Of a stretch of DNA of 62,973 nucleotides, positions 30,307 through 40,487 are shown piece by piece. The notes beneath the pieces are model-generated. The model was not told where the DNA came from. It saw nothing but the letters and a program-made list of their open reading frames with translations, and searched no databases. Numbering within the stretch: position 1 is the first letter of the stretch; each line of letters begins with the position of its first letter. This DNA is from Anaerolinea thermophila. GTDB taxonomy: Bacteria > Chloroflexota > Anaerolineae > Anaerolineales > UBA4823. Position numbers and translations under genes: made by a program. The stretch is taken from positions 1-62,973 of the forward strand of contig DYGV01000003.1 of the NCBI GenBank assembly GCA_020724505.1, given 5' to 3'.

Positions 30307-30465
30307 CCCCGCGCCGCGCCTTCCGAGTCAGCAAGATGAACATCATCTTGACGTCGCTTTCGGATGAGCGGCGAGGTGATATTCGTCACTAGTTTTATGA
30401 CATTTGCCACTATGTAATCTCAGGCTTTATCAGGTAAATTTTTATCAACAATGGCAAGTGCATAA

Positions 30466-30963
30466 ATGAACTCTGATCCGTTTGACGCTCTCACCCTCTT
30501 TCAAGGTTTCAGTCCGCAGGAAATTGCATTTCTGAGACCTCTATTTCACCCTTATCACACGCCCGACGGCGAGATCCTGTTCAATCAGGGCGAACCCGCC
30601 AGGAATTTTTACATCATCGTTGACGGCGAGGTAGTCATTCGCTATAAACCAGAAGATGGTCCGGCGCTGATCCTGACACGGGTGCATAAAGAGGGCGTGG
30701 TAGGTTGGTCAGCCGCCATTGGCAGCCCAACCTACACTTCCAGCGCTGTGTGCGTGGAAAATTGCCAGCTTCTGCGCGTATGCAGCGAAGAGCTGCGCCA
30801 GTTCTATGAGGTTCACCCCGAAACCGCGCAAAAGCTCCTCGAACGGTTGGCGGCGGTCATCGCCGAGCGATTGCGACAGACCCATCCGCAGATCATGGCG
30901 CTGCTGGAACAAGGTTTGCATTCACAAACCGCTCAGACCGTCTCTGCGGAATGGGAGGATTGA
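30466..30963 (+). CDS. Cyclic-nucleotide-binding-domain protein (no DNA-binding domain)
   Basis: cNMP-binding beta-barrel pattern (LFQGFSPQEIAFL...GEILFNQGEPARNFYIIVDGEV...). 165 aa. Confidence 0.7.
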   Translation: MNSDPFDALTLFQGFSPQEIAFLRPLFHPYHTPDGEILFNQGEPARNFYIIVDGEVVIRYKPEDGPALILTRVHKEGVVGWSAAIGSPTYTSSAVCVENCQLLRVCSEELRQFYEVHPETAQKLLERLAAVIAERLRQTHPQIMALLEQGLHSQTAQTVSAEWED

Positions 30964-30997
30964 TTGAGCCGTTGTAATCTCCAGGAGGCAACCGATT

Positions 30998-31246
30998 ATG
31001 GCTGAGACGAATAACACAGAGTATTCTGAAGAAGAACGCATCCGCGCCCTGTTGGAAAACATCAACGCCTACATCGAGCACTTCCATGGCGGTTCGGTTG
31101 AAATGGTTGAATTGAAGGGGAAAAAGCTCAAAGTGCGCCTGGGCGGCGCGTGCCTGGGTTGTCCGCTCTCGCCCACCACACTGCATGGCTGGGTGGCAGG
31201 CACCATCCATCAATTCTTCCCGGATATCGAAGTGATTGCTGCATGA
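30998..31246 (+). CDS. NifU C-terminal-domain (Nfu-like) Fe-S scaffold protein
   Basis: GGSVEMVELKGKKLKVRLGGACLGCPLSPTTL with the CxxC motif typical of Nfu/NifU_C. Confidence 0.8.
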   Translation: MAETNNTEYSEEERIRALLENINAYIEHFHGGSVEMVELKGKKLKVRLGGACLGCPLSPTTLHGWVAGTIHQFFPDIEVIAA

Positions 31247-31342
31247 CCCGTCTGGGCGTCCCAAGCAGATTCGACCAGCAATTCTGCCCCATCTTGTGAA
31301 CATCCCCAAATAAATCTTCAACTGGACGCCCGTTCATCGAAG

Positions 31343-31376
31343 CCCCTCTTCTGCCCAGGAAGAGGGGTTTGTCTTT
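31343..31376 (+). terminator. Rho-independent terminator after the NifU-like gene
   Basis: 9-bp stem cccctcttc/gaagagggg, 7-nt loop, then tttgtcttt. Confidence 0.7.
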
Positions 31377-31403
31377 CAACACAATAATGAAGCTTCCTGA
31401 AGC

Positions 31404-31958
31404 TTAAATACTCCCTTTATTGGCGTCTGGCAAAGAGGGGGTTTGGTGATCGTTGAATATCTCTTGCGAGGGTTCTAAATCCACTGTAAGCGCATGGCTC
31501 TCATGCGGCCGACGACGGCGCAAACCGCTCCAGCGGCACTTTTCGTTAGCGCAACGATAACGGCGAGCAGACGGCAGCAAAGTCAACGCCAAGAAATGAT
31601 CCAGCCAATTGCGATGCACGCGGTGGATGTCATTGCCGCAACGCGGGCAGACCGTTGCTTTCCATGAAGCTGAGGTCAGAAACCGTAGCCGGATGCGCCA
31701 GGCGATAATTCCCAGCGCCAAAAGCACTGCCAGATATGCTAACAGGGTGGAGATGTTGAACCCTTGCCGCGCCTGAAGCAGCCACCCATCCAATATTTGG
31801 AGGATAACCCGCCCAAAAGCCGATATTTCATGGCCATTGCGCGCCAAAAATGCAACGACGACGCCCCTCAGGCCGAGGTACAAAACCCCCAACAAGGCAA
31901 AGAAGCCCGCCAGAATTTCTATCCGGTAGTTGTGTAGAAGTTTTCGCATCCTTTCCAC
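31404..31958 (-). CDS. Hypothetical membrane protein with a C-terminal Cys4 zinc-ribbon-like motif
   Basis: Three TM segments, then CPRCGNDIHRV...RYRCANEKCRWSG. No family recognised. Confidence 0.5.
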   Translation of the reverse strand: MERMRKLLHNYRIEILAGFFALLGVLYLGLRGVVVAFLARNGHEISAFGRVILQILDGWLLQARQGFNISTLLAYLAVLLALGIIAWRIRLRFLTSASWKATVCPRCGNDIHRVHRNWLDHFLALTLLPSARRYRCANEKCRWSGLRRRRPHESHALTVDLEPSQEIFNDHQTPSLPDANKGSI

Positions 31959-32014
31959 CCTCTCAACAAATCGGATTGGTTTTTTTCTTTTTTTACTCTA
32001 CATGAGATTTTCTG

Positions 32015-33655
32015 TCAATAGGTCATAGCGCAACCATCGGCGCGCGGATCGCTGCCGGCGCACAATACGCCGCTCTCCGGTTGGCGCAAGATAATCTGGC
32101 CGCGCCCAAAAACCGCCCGTCCTAGGCCGCTGACCGGGGTCACCGGATGTCCCATCTCCGCCAGGGCCGCCATCTCGCGCACCGGGATGCCTTCCTCCAG
32201 GGCAACATTGCTGCCAGCCTCCCCGCTCTGCAAACAGAAGCGCGGCCGATCCAACGCAGCCTGCGCATTCAATCCATCATCCACCAGGGCAATCACTACC
32301 TGTAGGTGACCCTGCGGCTGCATGAACCCTCCCATGACTCCAAAACAGGCATACAGCTCTTCCCTTTCGGGGTCTTGCGCCGCCGGGCGTGTGGCCAGCG
32401 CCGGGATGATGGTATGGTAGGGGCGTTTTCCCGGCGCCAGCGCATTGGGATGCGCCGCGTCCAGGCTGAAGTTATGGCCGCGGTTTTGCAGAGAGAAGCC
32501 CCAGCCGCGCGGCACAATGCCGGTGCCAAAGCCCATGTAGTTGCTGTTGATGAATGAGCAGGCGTTCCCCTGGCGGTCCACCACGCTGAGATAAACAGTA
32601 TCCGAAGCAGCGATCGGCGCGCCGCGCGCCTGGTCGAGCGTCGCCCGATCCATGTGGATCAAACCCCGGCGCTGCGCTGCATAAGCCTTGTCCAAAAGGG
32701 CTTCCACAGGCGGCTGGTTGAAAGCCGGATCCGCCACGTACCAGCGCGTGTCGGCGAAAGCCAGGCGCAATGCTTCAATCTCCAGATGCAGCCGTTGCGC
32801 CGAGAGCGGGGACAGCGCCGCCAGGTCGAACCCTTCCAGGATGTTCAACGCTAGCAACGTCGTCAATCCCTGGCCGTTGGGCGGGCACTCCCAAATGCGC
32901 ACGCCGCGATACTCGGTGTGGATAGGTTGTTCCCATGTGCTGTGGTGCTGAGCCAGATCTTCAACCGTCATGCACCCGCCCGCCTCTTGGATGGTGTGGG
33001 CAATGGCCTGGGCGATCTCGCCCTGGTAAAAGGCTGCCTTACCGCCCTCTGCAATCGCCTGCAGCGTGCGCGCCAATCCCGGGTTGCGGAAAATTTCGCC
33101 AGGGCGGGGGGCGCGCCCATCCAGGGTTAGTTCAATCCCTCCCAAGGCATGACGGAGCTGTTTCCGCACGCCGCTCTCCCAGGCATGTGCCGTAATGGGG
33201 GCAACCGGAAAGCCTTCCTGCGCCAGGGCAATCGCCGGCGTCAGGATGTCGCTCATCGGCAAGCGCCCAAATCGCTCCACCAGATCGCACCAAGCGGCGC
33301 ACGCCCCCGGTACGGTGATCGTATAGGGGTGATAGGGTGGGAGTTCTTTGCCATACCCTTCGCGCTGCAAGCGTTCCAACGTCAGAGCTGCCGGGGCGCG
33401 CCCGGAGCCGTTCAACGCGCTCACCTGACCGGTGACTGCATCATAAAAAAGAGCGAAACAATCCCCGCCTAGCCCTGTGGAGTTGGGTTCAGTGACGTTC
33501 AAGGCCGCGGCAGCTGCAACCGCCGCATCCGCTGCGTTTCCGCCTTGCGCCAAAATGCGTAAACCCGCTGCCACCGCCAAAGGCTGCGAAGCGGCCACGA
33601 CGCCATTGAGAGAATAAACCGGAGAACGATGCGAATTGAAGGTCAGTTCGTACAT
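32015..33655 (-). CDS. ggt: Gamma-glutamyltransferase
   Basis: Trimmed to ATG 33655 (MYELTFNSHRSPVYS...). GGT motifs (GLGGDCFALFYD, autoprocessing-site region ASDTVYLSVVD, GGFMQPQGH). Confidence 0.9.
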   Translation of the reverse strand: MYELTFNSHRSPVYSLNGVVAASQPLAVAAGLRILAQGGNAADAAVAAAAALNVTEPNSTGLGGDCFALFYDAVTGQVSALNGSGRAPAALTLERLQREGYGKELPPYHPYTITVPGACAAWCDLVERFGRLPMSDILTPAIALAQEGFPVAPITAHAWESGVRKQLRHALGGIELTLDGRAPRPGEIFRNPGLARTLQAIAEGGKAAFYQGEIAQAIAHTIQEAGGCMTVEDLAQHHSTWEQPIHTEYRGVRIWECPPNGQGLTTLLALNILEGFDLAALSPLSAQRLHLEIEALRLAFADTRWYVADPAFNQPPVEALLDKAYAAQRRGLIHMDRATLDQARGAPIAASDTVYLSVVDRQGNACSFINSNYMGFGTGIVPRGWGFSLQNRGHNFSLDAAHPNALAPGKRPYHTIIPALATRPAAQDPEREELYACFGVMGGFMQPQGHLQVVIALVDDGLNAQAALDRPRFCLQSGEAGSNVALEEGIPVREMAALAEMGHPVTPVSGLGRAVFGRGQIILRQPESGVLCAGSDPRADGCAMTY

Positions 33656-33663
33656 ATTCCCCT

Positions 33664-34332
33664 TTATGCAGATAGATCGTAGCCCAACTGCTGGATTGTC
33701 GCCGCCAGAAAATCCCAAGCGACATGCGCTGGGCTTTCCGCGGCGCGCAAACGACGCAAATCACCCGCCTCATACAGAGTTTGCCCCAGTCGGATGGACG
33801 CTGGTATGATTTGCTGCATCGCTTCGAACACCGGCAGGGCGCGATCGCCAAAATACGGAATAGCAAATTCGACGAATAGCGTCGCAATAGCCAATTCCAG
33901 GTCTAGCCGTTCCGGGCCAAACGCCCGCACCGGTTTACGGCTCAGATACGGTGTGCTTCCCAACATGTTGACGCTGCCAGCGTAGGGATCGCGTGAGGCG
34001 TAATAAACTTGACGCACACCCACCATGTACACTGCGCCCATGCAAAGCGGACACGGTTCAGTCGTCGTATATAAGATGCACCCATGCGCATCCACGGCGT
34101 TGGTATCTAGCGCGTTCAGAGCGTTCAATTCCGCGTGGGCGAGAAGCGTCCCGCTGATGTAACCATCTTGACTGCGCGGCTCAGCGCGTCGGTTTCTGCC
34201 ACGGGCTGCTACTGCGCCGTTGGCATCCATCACAACCGCCCCAATGGGTATAGAACCGCTGCAATATGCCAGCCAGGCTTCCTCCAGGCAAATCTGCCAG
34301 GGGAGCGGAAGACTATCCCAAAACTCAGCCAT
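33664..34332 (-). CDS. CMP/dCMP-type zinc deaminase-domain protein with a ~80-aa C-terminal extension
   Basis: HAELNAL and PCPLCMGA zinc-binding motifs. Confidence 0.75.
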   Translation of the reverse strand: MAEFWDSLPLPWQICLEEAWLAYCSGSIPIGAVVMDANGAVAARGRNRRAEPRSQDGYISGTLLAHAELNALNALDTNAVDAHGCILYTTTEPCPLCMGAVYMVGVRQVYYASRDPYAGSVNMLGSTPYLSRKPVRAFGPERLDLELAIATLFVEFAIPYFGDRALPVFEAMQQIIPASIRLGQTLYEAGDLRRLRAAESPAHVAWDFLAATIQQLGYDLSA

Positions 34333-34408
34333 CGTCTTGCCGATCAGACCCCTCGCTGATTGGAAAACGTCCCGCGGGTTCCCTCTAAATCAGAAACCTG
34401 CGAGACGT

Positions 34409-35485
34409 TCACAACTTCACCTCGATGCCCTCGCCATCAACTACTTCGCCGACCGCCCACAACGGTTGTCCCACTTGCGCTGCACGCTCCAGCAGCCCGG
34501 CCAATCGCTGCGGCGGGACGGCTAAAAGCAGCCCGCCGCTGGTCTGAGCGTCGAACAGCAGCATTTGAGAGGCTTCATCTATCCCCGGCGCAAAGCGCAC
34601 CCGCGAGCCATAGAACAATTTATTATCTGCCGAGCCGCCGGGAAAGATCCACTCCTGAGCGTAACGCTGCGCGCCGCGCGTGAATGGAATGCGCTCGAAG
34701 AAGAAGCGCAAGCCAACGCCCGAAGCCTCCGCCATTTCCAGGCCATGTCCCAGCAGGCTGAAACCGGTGACATCCGTCCCGCCGCGCAGCTCAAATTCTA
34801 CCGCCAATTCACTGGCCTGCCGGTTGAGCCGCTTCATCCATCCTACTGCTTCAGCTACATCGGACGGATCAGCCAGCTCGCGCTTTAACGCCGTCGTCAC
34901 TGTCCCAAAGCCTAACGGTTTGCTCAACACCAGCGCGTCGCCGGGCCGCGCGCCGTTCTTCGTTAAAATACGCTGCGGATGGACGAAGCCCAATACGATC
35001 AGACCGTATTTAGGCTCTTTATCCTGCACCGTATGCCCGCCGGCCAGCGCCACGCCCGCTTCGCGCGTCTTTTCCGCCCCGCCGCGTAGAATCTCGGCGC
35101 TGATTTCTGTAGGCAAATCGGGGGGCAGGGCGGCGATATTCAGCGCTAGGAACGGCCGTCCACCCATCGCGTACACATCCGAGAGCGCGTTGGCAGCAGC
35201 GATCGCCCCATAGTCATATGGATCATCCACAACCGGCGTGAAGAAATCGGTTGTGGCGATCAAGGCGCGCTCGTCGTCTAGCCGCCACACGGCGGCGTCA
35301 TCCGCCTCGCCCAGCCCCACCAACAGGTTGGGATAATCTTCGGAGCGGAATAGACCTTGTAGGGGGCGCAGCACCTGCGCCAGCGTCTCCGCGTTGAGCT
35401 TGGACGCTCAACCAGCGCAACTGGAGAGGCTGGTCAGGCGGATCTGTCTCCCTGAGGTGGCTCGGATCTGGCTCTCAGAATTCAT
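34409..35485 (-). CDS. selD: Selenide, water dikinase (selenophosphate synthetase), selenocysteine-containing form (TGA codon 26 at 35408-35410)
   Basis: The track ORF (34409..35374) starts at an internal GTG and lacks the catalytic N-terminus. The same frame read upstream through TGA gives MNSESQIRATSGRQIRLTSLSSCAG-U-ASKLNAETLAQVLRPLQ..., matching the SelD IRLT...GAG(C/U)..K motif. The rest is clearly SelD (AIR-synthase fold: DFFTPVVDDPYDYGAIAAANALSDVYAMGG). Confidence 0.85.
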
Positions 35486-35537
35486 CACAAAAACATTTCG
35501 TCAACGGTTTATAACTGTTGGTTGTCACCGCACTCGA

Positions 35538-36626
35538 TTACGGGGTGGGCGTCGGCAGCGGTGTGGGCGAAGGGAGCGGGGTGGGCAGCAATTCAAACGC
35601 GCTGGGGGCAGTCGAAGCACCGCTGGTGGGCAACGGGAATAAGTAGGGCACGTTGTTGGGCAGGAAGATGGTCTGGACACCTGGTCCCAGACGATTGATG
35701 AAAGTATATTGCAGCAGTTCTGGCTGTTCTTTCAGCGCCTGAGAGAGCCGCTCTAGCGCCTTGGCTTCTGCTTCCGCCTGGATCAACCGGGCGTCGGCCT
35801 CGCCCCGGGCGCGGATCACCGCCGCATCCGCCTGACCCTGAGCAACCTGACGCGCCTGCTCGGCTTCCTGCTTGCGCTGCTCAACCACAAAACGCGCCTG
35901 CTGCGCTTGCTGCTCGGCGATCTGCTTCTGCTCCACCGAAGCGGCGTATTCGGGCGAAAAAGTGATGTTGCGCAACACAAATTCAACCAACAGCAGGCCG
36001 TTTTCTTTTAGCTTTTGGCTCAACGCTTCTGTGATGTATTGCTTCATTTCATCCCGCTTGGTGCTATACACCTCTTCGACCCCGAATTGCGACACCGCGT
36101 CGCGGATGACGCCGCGCGCCAGCGGGCGCACCAGGCCATCCACGTAACGGTCTTGCCATTCAATATGCACTTTGATCACCTGCGCCGGGTCCACGGCAAA
36201 GATCACCGAAGAATCGACGAAAATCTCCTGCCCATCCGCGGTGCGGGCAGTGATCGAGTCATCGCCTTGAATTGCGCCTTCGCTTGGCGCAATAGACATG
36301 GTGTACGTCTGGCGCGAGATCGGATAAATCTTCACGCTTTCGAAGAAGGGAATGATCCAATTCAGCCCCGGCTGCAACGGCTGCTCGCGATAGCCATTGG
36401 GGGCGACCGCCGAAATTACCACACCGCGCTGCTCTGGCTGGATGAACACCAGCCCGGCGCTGATCGAACTCAAGACCACGGCGACGATGGCGGTGGCCAG
36501 CAGCGCCAGGCTCATCCCTTTGACCGGCTTGCCGCGCGTGGCGCGCGTCAATGCCAGGGCTAACAGACCGAAAAACAACAACCACAAGAAAATGACTACC
36601 GTATCCAGAACTGTGGTGACATTCAT
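35538..36626 (-). CDS. SPFH/Band-7 (prohibitin/HflC-like) membrane protein with a Pro-rich tail
   Basis: N-terminal TM helices, an SPFH core, a coiled coil (AEQQAQQARFVVEQRKQEAEQARQ) and a C-terminal PTPLPSPTPLPTPTP tail. Confidence 0.85.
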   Translation of the reverse strand: MNVTTVLDTVVIFLWLLFFGLLALALTRATRGKPVKGMSLALLATAIVAVVLSSISAGLVFIQPEQRGVVISAVAPNGYREQPLQPGLNWIIPFFESVKIYPISRQTYTMSIAPSEGAIQGDDSITARTADGQEIFVDSSVIFAVDPAQVIKVHIEWQDRYVDGLVRPLARGVIRDAVSQFGVEEVYSTKRDEMKQYITEALSQKLKENGLLLVEFVLRNITFSPEYAASVEQKQIAEQQAQQARFVVEQRKQEAEQARQVAQGQADAAVIRARGEADARLIQAEAEAKALERLSQALKEQPELLQYTFINRLGPGVQTIFLPNNVPYLFPLPTSGASTAPSAFELLPTPLPSPTPLPTPTP

Positions 36627-36748
36627 AAGCAGGCTCTCCTGATAAGACGAGGGCTAATTCAAATCTTTCGGCTTTATTATACCTTGCAGCCCCCTCTGTG
36701 GACTGTGAACATACCTGAAAGGCGAGGCGCTTTCAATGCCAACTGCTT

Positions 36749-37420
36749 CTATTTCGGATTCTTCAGCCCGGTGTTGAGCTTGTTCCTTACCTCTCGCTTT
36801 ACCCGCGCCGCCAGGGCTTCCTCGTGTCTCGCCAGGAAGTCTTGCACCGCTTCAGGATCGTGTACAACCAATTCTCGCAAAGCCCAAGATAAAGCCTTCA
36901 CTACCATGTCATCGTGATCGTCCACGAAAAGACTGCATATCTCAAGTGTGCGAGGGACATCTCCTTTGCCCCCTTGTGAACGCACGTTCAGCGCCACCGT
37001 GCTGACCAGCGCCGCTCGCCGCCGCCACCGATCCTCTGAGCGCGCCCATTGATGGATCAGCTCATCAGATGCCTGTCCACGCAGCCAGGCCGGGCCGGCC
37101 AACGTGCGAGCAAAAGAGTCGACCGACTCCCAACTATGAATACCCTGACTCAGTTCCTCCAGTTCCACATCCGTGAGGCTTCGAAAAGCAACTGTATGAA
37201 ATCGAATCAGTTCATAAGCCATCCAACGCAATCCATAATCTTTAAGGAGTTTCCTGGCCAACTCTAGGACAAATTCAGGAGACGCCTGCTGGAGCCTTTG
37301 GGAATATCGGCGGCGTACTTCTCGCGCGTTGGGCGTATTACGAAGCGGCAACGCCTGCAAATCTGCGGCGATACTCGACGCAAGCTCCCCCACTTCCTTC
37401 AAATCTAGCGTCTTATCCAT
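36749..37420 (-). CDS. DNA alkylation repair protein (AlkD-like HEAT-repeat family)
   Basis: 223 aa, helical-repeat protein with the family-typical ...RWRRRAALVSTV...DDHDDMVVKALSWALREL... region. Confidence 0.7.
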   Translation of the reverse strand: MDKTLDLKEVGELASSIAADLQALPLRNTPNAREVRRRYSQRLQQASPEFVLELARKLLKDYGLRWMAYELIRFHTVAFRSLTDVELEELSQGIHSWESVDSFARTLAGPAWLRGQASDELIHQWARSEDRWRRRAALVSTVALNVRSQGGKGDVPRTLEICSLFVDDHDDMVVKALSWALRELVVHDPEAVQDFLARHEEALAARVKREVRNKLNTGLKNPK

Positions 37421-37423
37421 GTC

Positions 37424-37954
37424 TCATGATAAAGCAGGGCCGAACTTCACCGCCAGTTCGTTCGCCCAGGCGTGGATGGCGTCCCAATCGCGGTGATCAC
37501 CCTCCGACCAAACGCCAAACAGGACGCTCAGGCGAAACTTCATTCGTTGGCTAAACGTGGGTACTTTGCGGATGTCCAGCGCGCCGGCGAACAGGCCTTC
37601 GCTGACCGGCCGCACCAGGGCGCGCACTGGCTCCAGCCAGGTCGCCACATGCTGGCGATACTTTTCAGCCCCCGGCATGGCCAAGGTCATACATACCAGA
37701 AAGGCGGCGAAGGGCTTCCGCCTCAGTTCCGTCTTGTGGGTCTGTACGAATTGTATGGCCTCTGGCAACCATTTCCCCTCGCGAATGGCGCTGCCAGCCA
37801 CTACCGCCTGATAGGGGGTAAGATCATTGACGTCTTGCATAGGGCGCACATCTACCTGCGCGCCGCTTGCAGACAAGGTTTTGCCTATGGCTTCCGCCAC
37901 GCCAGCAGTCGCGCCGGCGCGGCTGGCATAGGCTACAAGGATTTTATTCGACAT
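37424..37954 (-). CDS. Flavodoxin-domain protein (HemG-like flavodoxin family)
   Basis: Trimmed to ATG 37954 (MSNKILVAYASRAGATAGVAEAI...), a flavodoxin-type FMN-binding N-terminus. Confidence 0.7.
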   Translation of the reverse strand: MSNKILVAYASRAGATAGVAEAIGKTLSASGAQVDVRPMQDVNDLTPYQAVVAGSAIREGKWLPEAIQFVQTHKTELRRKPFAAFLVCMTLAMPGAEKYRQHVATWLEPVRALVRPVSEGLFAGALDIRKVPTFSQRMKFRLSVLFGVWSEGDHRDWDAIHAWANELAVKFGPALS

Positions 37955-37965
37955 CGTGATTTCTC

Positions 37966-38706
37966 CTAATCTTTTGTAACGTCTCGCCCAAGCTGGAGAT
38001 ACCTGCGTGCGACAAGGGCGAACCATGTCAGGGCGAGCAAGCCGCCGACCATTCCAAAGATATAAAATGCGATGAAGTATAACGTATGGAAGAATGTAGC
38101 CAGGATGGAGAACACAGTCAGGAATGTAAAACCTACAATGCCTATCCAGGCGTTCGCCTTACCGAAGACGCCTCCACGAAGCATGGCTACGGATAGTGTC
38201 ACTGCGGCGATACCGCTGAGCAACAATCCGGGGAAAGAACCCGGTGTGAAATCTTCGCCACGAACCAGCGCCGATTCGCCCGCGGCTGCAAACAACGCTC
38301 TTTGCGCCTCCGTTGTCGCAGTTGCATACTTGCCGGAGAGCACCAGCATTGGGATCGCTGCACTGTTTGACACATAGAGCGCCAAAGCAAGCAGGAAAAG
38401 TATCATTGCTAGGGCAGAGACGATGAAGTTCCTACGGTGTGCAATCAGCGCGGCAAAATACACGGGGATCATGCACAACATGTAAATGATATTCAGGATG
38501 CCAAGCGTGTACAGCCCCTTGAACCAGTTGACCTGAAAAAGCGAAAACCATTCGATCGCGCTCCTGGCGCCAGAGACGACGATCTCGGTCTCTCCGAAGC
38601 CCAGGATAACGTCGAACAGGTTTGCCGACATGGCGAGCAAGGCGGCAAATCCCGCCAGTTTGTAAAGTCCTGCGCTCTCTGCATCGCTGAATTGTTTTTC
38701 GTTCAT
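37966..38706 (-). CDS. Polytopic membrane protein (possibly DUF4386-like)
   Basis: 246 aa with about 6 TM helices. The family assignment is tentative. Confidence 0.5.
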   Translation of the reverse strand: MNEKQFSDAESAGLYKLAGFAALLAMSANLFDVILGFGETEIVVSGARSAIEWFSLFQVNWFKGLYTLGILNIIYMLCMIPVYFAALIAHRRNFIVSALAMILFLLALALYVSNSAAIPMLVLSGKYATATTEAQRALFAAAGESALVRGEDFTPGSFPGLLLSGIAAVTLSVAMLRGGVFGKANAWIGIVGFTFLTVFSILATFFHTLYFIAFYIFGMVGGLLALTWFALVARRYLQLGRDVTKD

Positions 38707-38802
38707 TGTTAACCTCTTTCCTCATCTTGCCCGGCATGGGCATCAGGCGCAGCATTTCGTGGAGCACCATCACCTGCTCTTAGTATCGGACGATTCATCT
38801 TG

Positions 38803-39426
38803 TCAGGCCTCGATGGGCTTAGTCATCTTTACGTCGTGCGCGTACCCCGTCAGAACAGAAAGTACAAGCAGCCCTAAGATCAAGATAGGTATGAGCGCCC
38901 CCGCCTTTTCCATCAAGAACTCGTTGAAGAAATAGCCGATCACGAATTGGCTGAACAGCCCCACAATGAAAATAATTAGCGTCCACGGCCACATCTTTGC
39001 CAGCATTCCACAAACGGGGCCAGGTTGCTTTTTCATCGGTTTGTTGATCCTGGTTCCCGCGACGCCGCCAACCATGCCAATCAGCGGCGGGAAAATGCCG
39101 CCTCCAAACAGCAGCAGTCCGGCTGACAGTAGAGTGAGAATCGCGCCGCCGCGCGGTCGTTGCACAAAGGCTGCCGACCATATCATTGTCACCAGTCCAA
39201 GCGACATGGACAGGATACCTGTGACCAAGAAGTTGGGGATGATCGTCATAGCCGGCTCGCAGAGGTGCCAGACCTCTTCCGGTACACAGGGCGTGCCCAT
39301 GGAGGCGATCATGATACTCTCCGGGCGCACGTTTCCCTGAAGAATTTCAAAATAGCCGTGCTCGAGGCCGCCAAAGCCAGCAAAGAGGCCCAATGACGCG
39401 GCGAGCACTCTGGTTGCTTTTCTCAT
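38803..39426 (-). CDS. Hypothetical polytopic membrane protein
   Basis: 207 aa with 5-6 hydrophobic segments. No motif recognised. Confidence 0.5.
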   Translation of the reverse strand: MRKATRVLAASLGLFAGFGGLEHGYFEILQGNVRPESIMIASMGTPCVPEEVWHLCEPAMTIIPNFLVTGILSMSLGLVTMIWSAAFVQRPRGGAILTLLSAGLLLFGGGIFPPLIGMVGGVAGTRINKPMKKQPGPVCGMLAKMWPWTLIIFIVGLFSQFVIGYFFNEFLMEKAGALIPILILGLLVLSVLTGYAHDVKMTKPIEA

Positions 39427-39428
39427 AT

Positions 39429-39827
39429 TTACCCCTTTTTCTTCTTTCCCCTTGCTTTAGCTTTTTCCAAATTCTCCTGTACTCTGAACTCCACAATCCG
39501 GCGTATCAGGTCGTAAGGAATTGGATGATCGAGCGGAAATCTTATCGAACCTTTGCCGCCCTTATATACGGATAACTCTTCCCGGAATCTCTCGGTCCCT
39601 GTCGGCGTAGGGTAAAACCCAATATGGTTCTTGAAAGCAGCAAAGTGAACCAAGTTACCCTTTAAAGTGAACGTAGGCATTCGATAGCTGATGGTCTCTT
39701 GCGCCTCCGGCGCCGCCCCCCGGATCGTCAGCCGGATTTTTTGAAGAATCTCCTGGATAGAGGGTGGAAATCCCGCAATATATTCATCAATGTCCTTTGG
39801 TGGCTCTGGGTTCATTTCAAATACCAC
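39429..39827 (-). CDS. DUF1801 (YdhG-like) domain protein
   Basis: IDEYIAGFPPSIQEILQKIRLTIRGAAPEAQETISYRMPTF...HFAAFKNHIGFYP, typical of the YdhG/DUF1801 family. Confidence 0.7.
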   Translation of the reverse strand: MVFEMNPEPPKDIDEYIAGFPPSIQEILQKIRLTIRGAAPEAQETISYRMPTFTLKGNLVHFAAFKNHIGFYPTPTGTERFREELSVYKGGKGSIRFPLDHPIPYDLIRRIVEFRVQENLEKAKARGKKKKG

Positions 39828-39850
39828 TCTTTCTGCTCATCCAACTATCT

Positions 39851-40360
39851 TTATGTGCCCTGTTCCAGCAGCCAATTGAGCAAAGACTCGAAATGTTCAT
39901 GGTGATGAACATAGGAACCTTCGAGAACGGCAAGGAGGGAATACCCCTTTAACCATGGGTATTTCTCCGTATCTAACAGATTGTCCTCAGAGATATCCTC
40001 CCCCAATCTCAGGAAACTGAGAAAGCCATCTCTCCAATCCTGATGAACATGCGCCCAAGGTCGACGGTGATGGGCTTTGAAAATTCTATCATTGAATTGC
40101 TCCCGATCCTTCTCCGATTCCGGATCTAACCCTCCAAGCCAATCAGGATATGCTGGCTCCCTGTTATATCGAGCGGCTCGCAGGCGTGCGATGGAAATCT
40201 GCTGCCAGGCCATCAAGTGGGCGATGACATCTCGAATACACCAACCAGAAGGAAGGTGCGGGGAAATGATTTGCTCTTCGCTCAGGCTGTTCAGCAATTC
40301 TTCCCAACGGTTGAATTCATCTCTGAGCATGGCAAGAATTCGGTCGCCATCTTTCATCAC
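39851..40360 (-). CDS. DinB-like four-helix-bundle protein (DinB_2/ClbS-like)
   Basis: Helical protein with the histidine pattern (DVIAHLMAW..., SYVHHHEHF) typical of the DinB superfamily. Confidence 0.6.
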   Translation of the reverse strand: MMKDGDRILAMLRDEFNRWEELLNSLSEEQIISPHLPSGWCIRDVIAHLMAWQQISIARLRAARYNREPAYPDWLGGLDPESEKDREQFNDRIFKAHHRRPWAHVHQDWRDGFLSFLRLGEDISEDNLLDTEKYPWLKGYSLLAVLEGSYVHHHEHFESLLNWLLEQGT

Positions 40361-40487
40361 ATCTTTCTCTACACAAGGATTATCAGGCGCTTTTCGGGCA
40401 ACGTTTACACTACAGACAATCTCCGCTCGGTTGATTATCAGTCATGCGCCCTCCCGGATGCAGGAAAACTGCCCATATTGGGTGATT

